Shown: positions 61,246 through 64,000 of the stretch, piece by piece
Numbering within the stretch: position 1 is the stretch's first letter
Layout: every line of letters begins with the position of its first letter
NCBI GenBank assembly: GCA_964469905.1
Contig: CAYXZW010000012.1
Location: 2,060-66,059 of the forward strand
DNA from: an uncultured Smithella sp.
GTDB taxonomy: Bacteria > Desulfobacterota > Syntrophia > Syntrophales > Smithellaceae
Length of the DNA stretch: 64,000 bases
Direction of reading: 5' to 3'
Notes under the pieces: generated by a model
Databases searched by the model: none
What the model was told of the DNA's origin: nothing
Seen by the model: the letters and a program-made list of their open reading frames with translations, nothing else
Position numbers and translations under genes: made by a program

Positions 61246-62835
61246 TTATTCTTTAATAATTATTGTATCTGTGTTCAGTTCATCATTCATTGCCGGATAA
61301 TCAATGTTGTAGTGTAAACCACGACTCTCTTTACGCCTGCTGGCGCTTTGAGTAATTAGTTTGGCTACAATTGTAATGTTACGCAGTTCAATCAGGTCTT
61401 TGGTTACCTTATAATTTCTATAATATTCGTCAATTTCTTTTTGAATGAGCTCTATTCTGCGCACGGCGCGTTCCAGTCTTCTATTGGAACGGACAATGCC
61501 GACGTAATTCCACATGCAGCGGCGAACTTCATCCCAGTTATGCGTGACCACAACACTATCGTCGCTCTCTGTTGTTCCACTGGAATCCCAGGGAGCAATA
61601 AAAATATCGCTTTGTTGAGCATGGGCAAAGTCACCGGCGATTTTTGTGCAGACCCGGTGTGAATAAACAACCGCTTCCAGAAGAGAATTACTGGCCAGAC
61701 GATTAGCGCCGTGCAGTCCCGTACAGGAAGCTTCACCGCAGGCGAAGAGATGAGGGATAGAAGTTTCTCCATAAGCATTTACAGCAACTCCGCCACAGAT
61801 GTAATGAGCGGCAGGAACCACAGGAATCGGATCGTGGCTTATATCTATTCCGTATTCCAGGCACTTGTTGTAAATGTTGGGGAATCGGTTGATCAGAAAA
61901 GCGCGGTCGCGATGAGTGATGTCCAGTAGAACATATTCATCGCCCGATTTTTTAATTTCCGTATCGATTGCTTTGGCAACTATGTCACGCGGAGCAAGGC
62001 TTTTCATGGAATGATATTTATCCATAAAAGGTGAGCCGTTCTTAAGTTTCAGAATTCCCCCTTCGCCGCGGACTGCTTCACTGATTAAAAAAGATTTAGC
62101 ATCAGGATGATAAAGACAAGTCGGGTGAAACTGAATGAATTCCATATTGGCTATTTGTGCACCGGCGCGATAAGCCATAGCAATACCGTCACCGGTAGCA
62201 ATATCCGGGTTGGTAGTAATATGGTAAACTTTGCCTGCTCCTCCCGTGGATAAAATCGTATATTTGGCGCGATAAGTGTGAACATCATTGTTGTTTATAT
62301 CCAACACATAGGCGCCGAGGCAGCGTAAAGGTTTGCCGGAGACGGTTTTTTCCATGATCAAATCGATGCCGATATGATTTTCATAAATATCCACATTTTT
62401 CAGGCTGGTTACTTTTTCATTTAGTGCCCGTTCGATCTCATGGCCGGTAAGGTCTTTGGAATGTAACACCCGTCGGTGAGTATGACCGCCTTCCTGGCCT
62501 AAATCATAAGGGTAAGGTGGTTTTTCGGATTTGGTAAATTTAACACCCCAGTCGATAAGTTCGGCAATGCGAGGTGGAGCTTCTCGAACAATAAATTCCA
62601 CGACATCTTTCTTGCAAAGGCCGGCGCCGCAAACTAATGTATCGTTAATGTGCTCGGAAAAACTGTCTGTTTTATCGGTAACGGCAGCAATGCCACCTTG
62701 GGCATAATTGGTATTGGATTCAGTTTTTTCTTTTTTGGTAACAATAGCAACACTGCCCAGAGCGGAAGCTTTAATCGCCAGACTAAGTCCGGCGATCCCG
62801 CTGCCGATTATTAAAAAGTCAGTTTTAAATTCCAT
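61246..62835 (-). CDS. nadB: L-aspartate oxidase
   Basis: FAD N-terminus DFLIIGSGIAGLS, YAQGGIAA, HPTCLYHP, GLHGANRLASNSLLE. Confidence 0.95.
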   Translation of the reverse strand: MEFKTDFLIIGSGIAGLSLAIKASALGSVAIVTKKEKTESNTNYAQGGIAAVTDKTDSFSEHINDTLVCGAGLCKKDVVEFIVREAPPRIAELIDWGVKFTKSEKPPYPYDLGQEGGHTHRRVLHSKDLTGHEIERALNEKVTSLKNVDIYENHIGIDLIMEKTVSGKPLRCLGAYVLDINNNDVHTYRAKYTILSTGGAGKVYHITTNPDIATGDGIAMAYRAGAQIANMEFIQFHPTCLYHPDAKSFLISEAVRGEGGILKLKNGSPFMDKYHSMKSLAPRDIVAKAIDTEIKKSGDEYVLLDITHRDRAFLINRFPNIYNKCLEYGIDISHDPIPVVPAAHYICGGVAVNAYGETSIPHLFACGEASCTGLHGANRLASNSLLEAVVYSHRVCTKIAGDFAHAQQSDIFIAPWDSSGTTESDDSVVVTHNWDEVRRCMWNYVGIVRSNRRLERAVRRIELIQKEIDEYYRNYKVTKDLIELRNITIVAKLITQSASRRKESRGLHYNIDYPAMNDELNTDTIIIKE

Positions 62836-62948
62836 GATAAAATTACCTTTGTTATCATACGATTAGAAATGTTTATTTACAAACGATGCTTCCTTTTATA
62901 TATAGGAAAATAGTTTTTAGCAAAGAAATAATTTGAAATGGAGATTTA

Positions 62949-63947
62949 ATGCTGGTTTTAGGTATAGAATCATCCTGCGATGAGACGGCCGCAGCGGTAA
63001 TCGATAGCGGGAGAATGCGATCAAATGTTATTGCTTCACAAATCAAAGATCACAGTAAATATGGTGGCGTAGTACCGGAAATTGCTTCGCGCAAACATAT
63101 TGAAGCAATTAATATGGTTATACAGGAAGCATTGGCCAATGCTCAGGTAACGCTCAAAGAGATTGAGGGTATAGCTGTAACCCGCGGTCCCGGGCTCATT
63201 GGATCTTTGTTGATTGGCTTGTCTACAGCTAAAGCTTTGGCTTACGCATTAAATATTCCTCTGGTTGGAGTAAATCATCTGGAAGGCCACATTGCCGCTT
63301 CGTTTCTTGCTGAAAACACACCGGAATTTCCTTTTTGTGCTCTGGTTGTCTCCGGTGGTCATACGAATGTTTATCTGGTCAAAAATTACCATGATTTTGT
63401 TTTATTGGGTCAGACAAGGGATGATGCTGCCGGTGAAGCCTTTGATAAGGCAGCAAAGCTGCTGAATCTGGGCTATCCCGGAGGAGTGGTTATCGATAAA
63501 TTGGCAAAACAAGGAAATCCGCAGGCGATAGCTTTTCCCCGGGCGATGAAAGACTCTCCTGATTTCAGCTTCAGTGGTTTAAAAACTTCCCTATTGACGA
63601 TGCTGAAAAAGCGTGGCTGTGATTTTGAGGAAAGCCAATTACCGGATGTCGTAGCGAGTTATCAGGAAGCAATAGTAGATGTACTGGTGGAAAAAACAAT
63701 TCGTGCTGCTCAAAATAATAATATTGACCGGATCGTTGTTTGCGGGGGTGTAGCAGCCAATGGAAGGCTGCGTCAGAAATTTGCTATGGCTGCGGAGGCC
63801 GGCAAAATGGAATTGTTCATCCCGCCGATTATCCTATGTACCGACAATGCCGCCATGATTGGCGCTATCGGGGAGATTATGTTAAAGAATGGTCGCAGCG
63901 ATTCGCTGAATCTTAATGCGGTTTCGCGCTGGCCGCTGACGGCTTAA
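62949..63947 (+). CDS. tsaD: tRNA N6-adenosine threonylcarbamoyltransferase
   Basis: MLVLGIESSCDETAAAV, metal site NHLEGH, SGGHT, GGVAAN. Confidence 0.95.
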   Translation: MLVLGIESSCDETAAAVIDSGRMRSNVIASQIKDHSKYGGVVPEIASRKHIEAINMVIQEALANAQVTLKEIEGIAVTRGPGLIGSLLIGLSTAKALAYALNIPLVGVNHLEGHIAASFLAENTPEFPFCALVVSGGHTNVYLVKNYHDFVLLGQTRDDAAGEAFDKAAKLLNLGYPGGVVIDKLAKQGNPQAIAFPRAMKDSPDFSFSGLKTSLLTMLKKRGCDFEESQLPDVVASYQEAIVDVLVEKTIRAAQNNNIDRIVVCGGVAANGRLRQKFAMAAEAGKMELFIPPIILCTDNAAMIGAIGEIMLKNGRSDSLNLNAVSRWPLTA

Positions 63948-64000
63948 TAAAAAGTTCATATGCGGCGTTGTGCGACAGCCTGTCGTCGCTGCGGAGTATG

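Overview
This is a gene-dense, AT-leaning bacterial chromosomal segment, roughly nine-tenths coding by eye, and almost entirely housekeeping. It covers the SAM cycle (metK, partial; ahcY) and CoA synthesis (coaBC, coaD, panE). DNA/RNA maintenance is represented by a family-4 UDG, ligA, pcnB, rph, rdgB, rsmD and tsaD. Translation genes are proS, an EF-G-2-type paralog, tRNA-Pro(UGG) and tRNA-Met/Ile2(CAU). Also present are psd and pssA (phospholipid synthesis), rel (stringent response), purB, a PurF-like protein, nadB, ispG, kup behind a c-di-AMP-class riboswitch, cstA, and a set of exported or membrane proteins of unknown role. I call 56 CDS, 2 tRNAs, 1 riboswitch, 11 hairpin terminator candidates and six copies of a weak short intergenic motif. 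I saw no rRNA, CRISPR array, transposase, integrase, phage gene or recognisable defence gene. I cannot support a novel multi-gene system here. The observations most worth a second look are: (1) the riboswitch-kup leader with an apparent SD-sequestering platform; (2) a Pat-type GNAT fused to an acetyl-CoA hydrolase/transferase domain, co-transcribed with a hemolysin-III/PAQR gene; (3) a PurF-like protein whose N-terminal nucleophile Cys is Gly; (4) a translationally coupled transglutaminase-like/ABC operon; (5) several long non-coding spacers, namely the cstA leader, the flanks of an orphan Cys-rich secreted protein, and the ahcY-coaBC spacer. All protein calls rest on motif recognition from the supplied translations. 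No database search or numeric composition calculation was run. Taxonomy cannot be established from this window alone.
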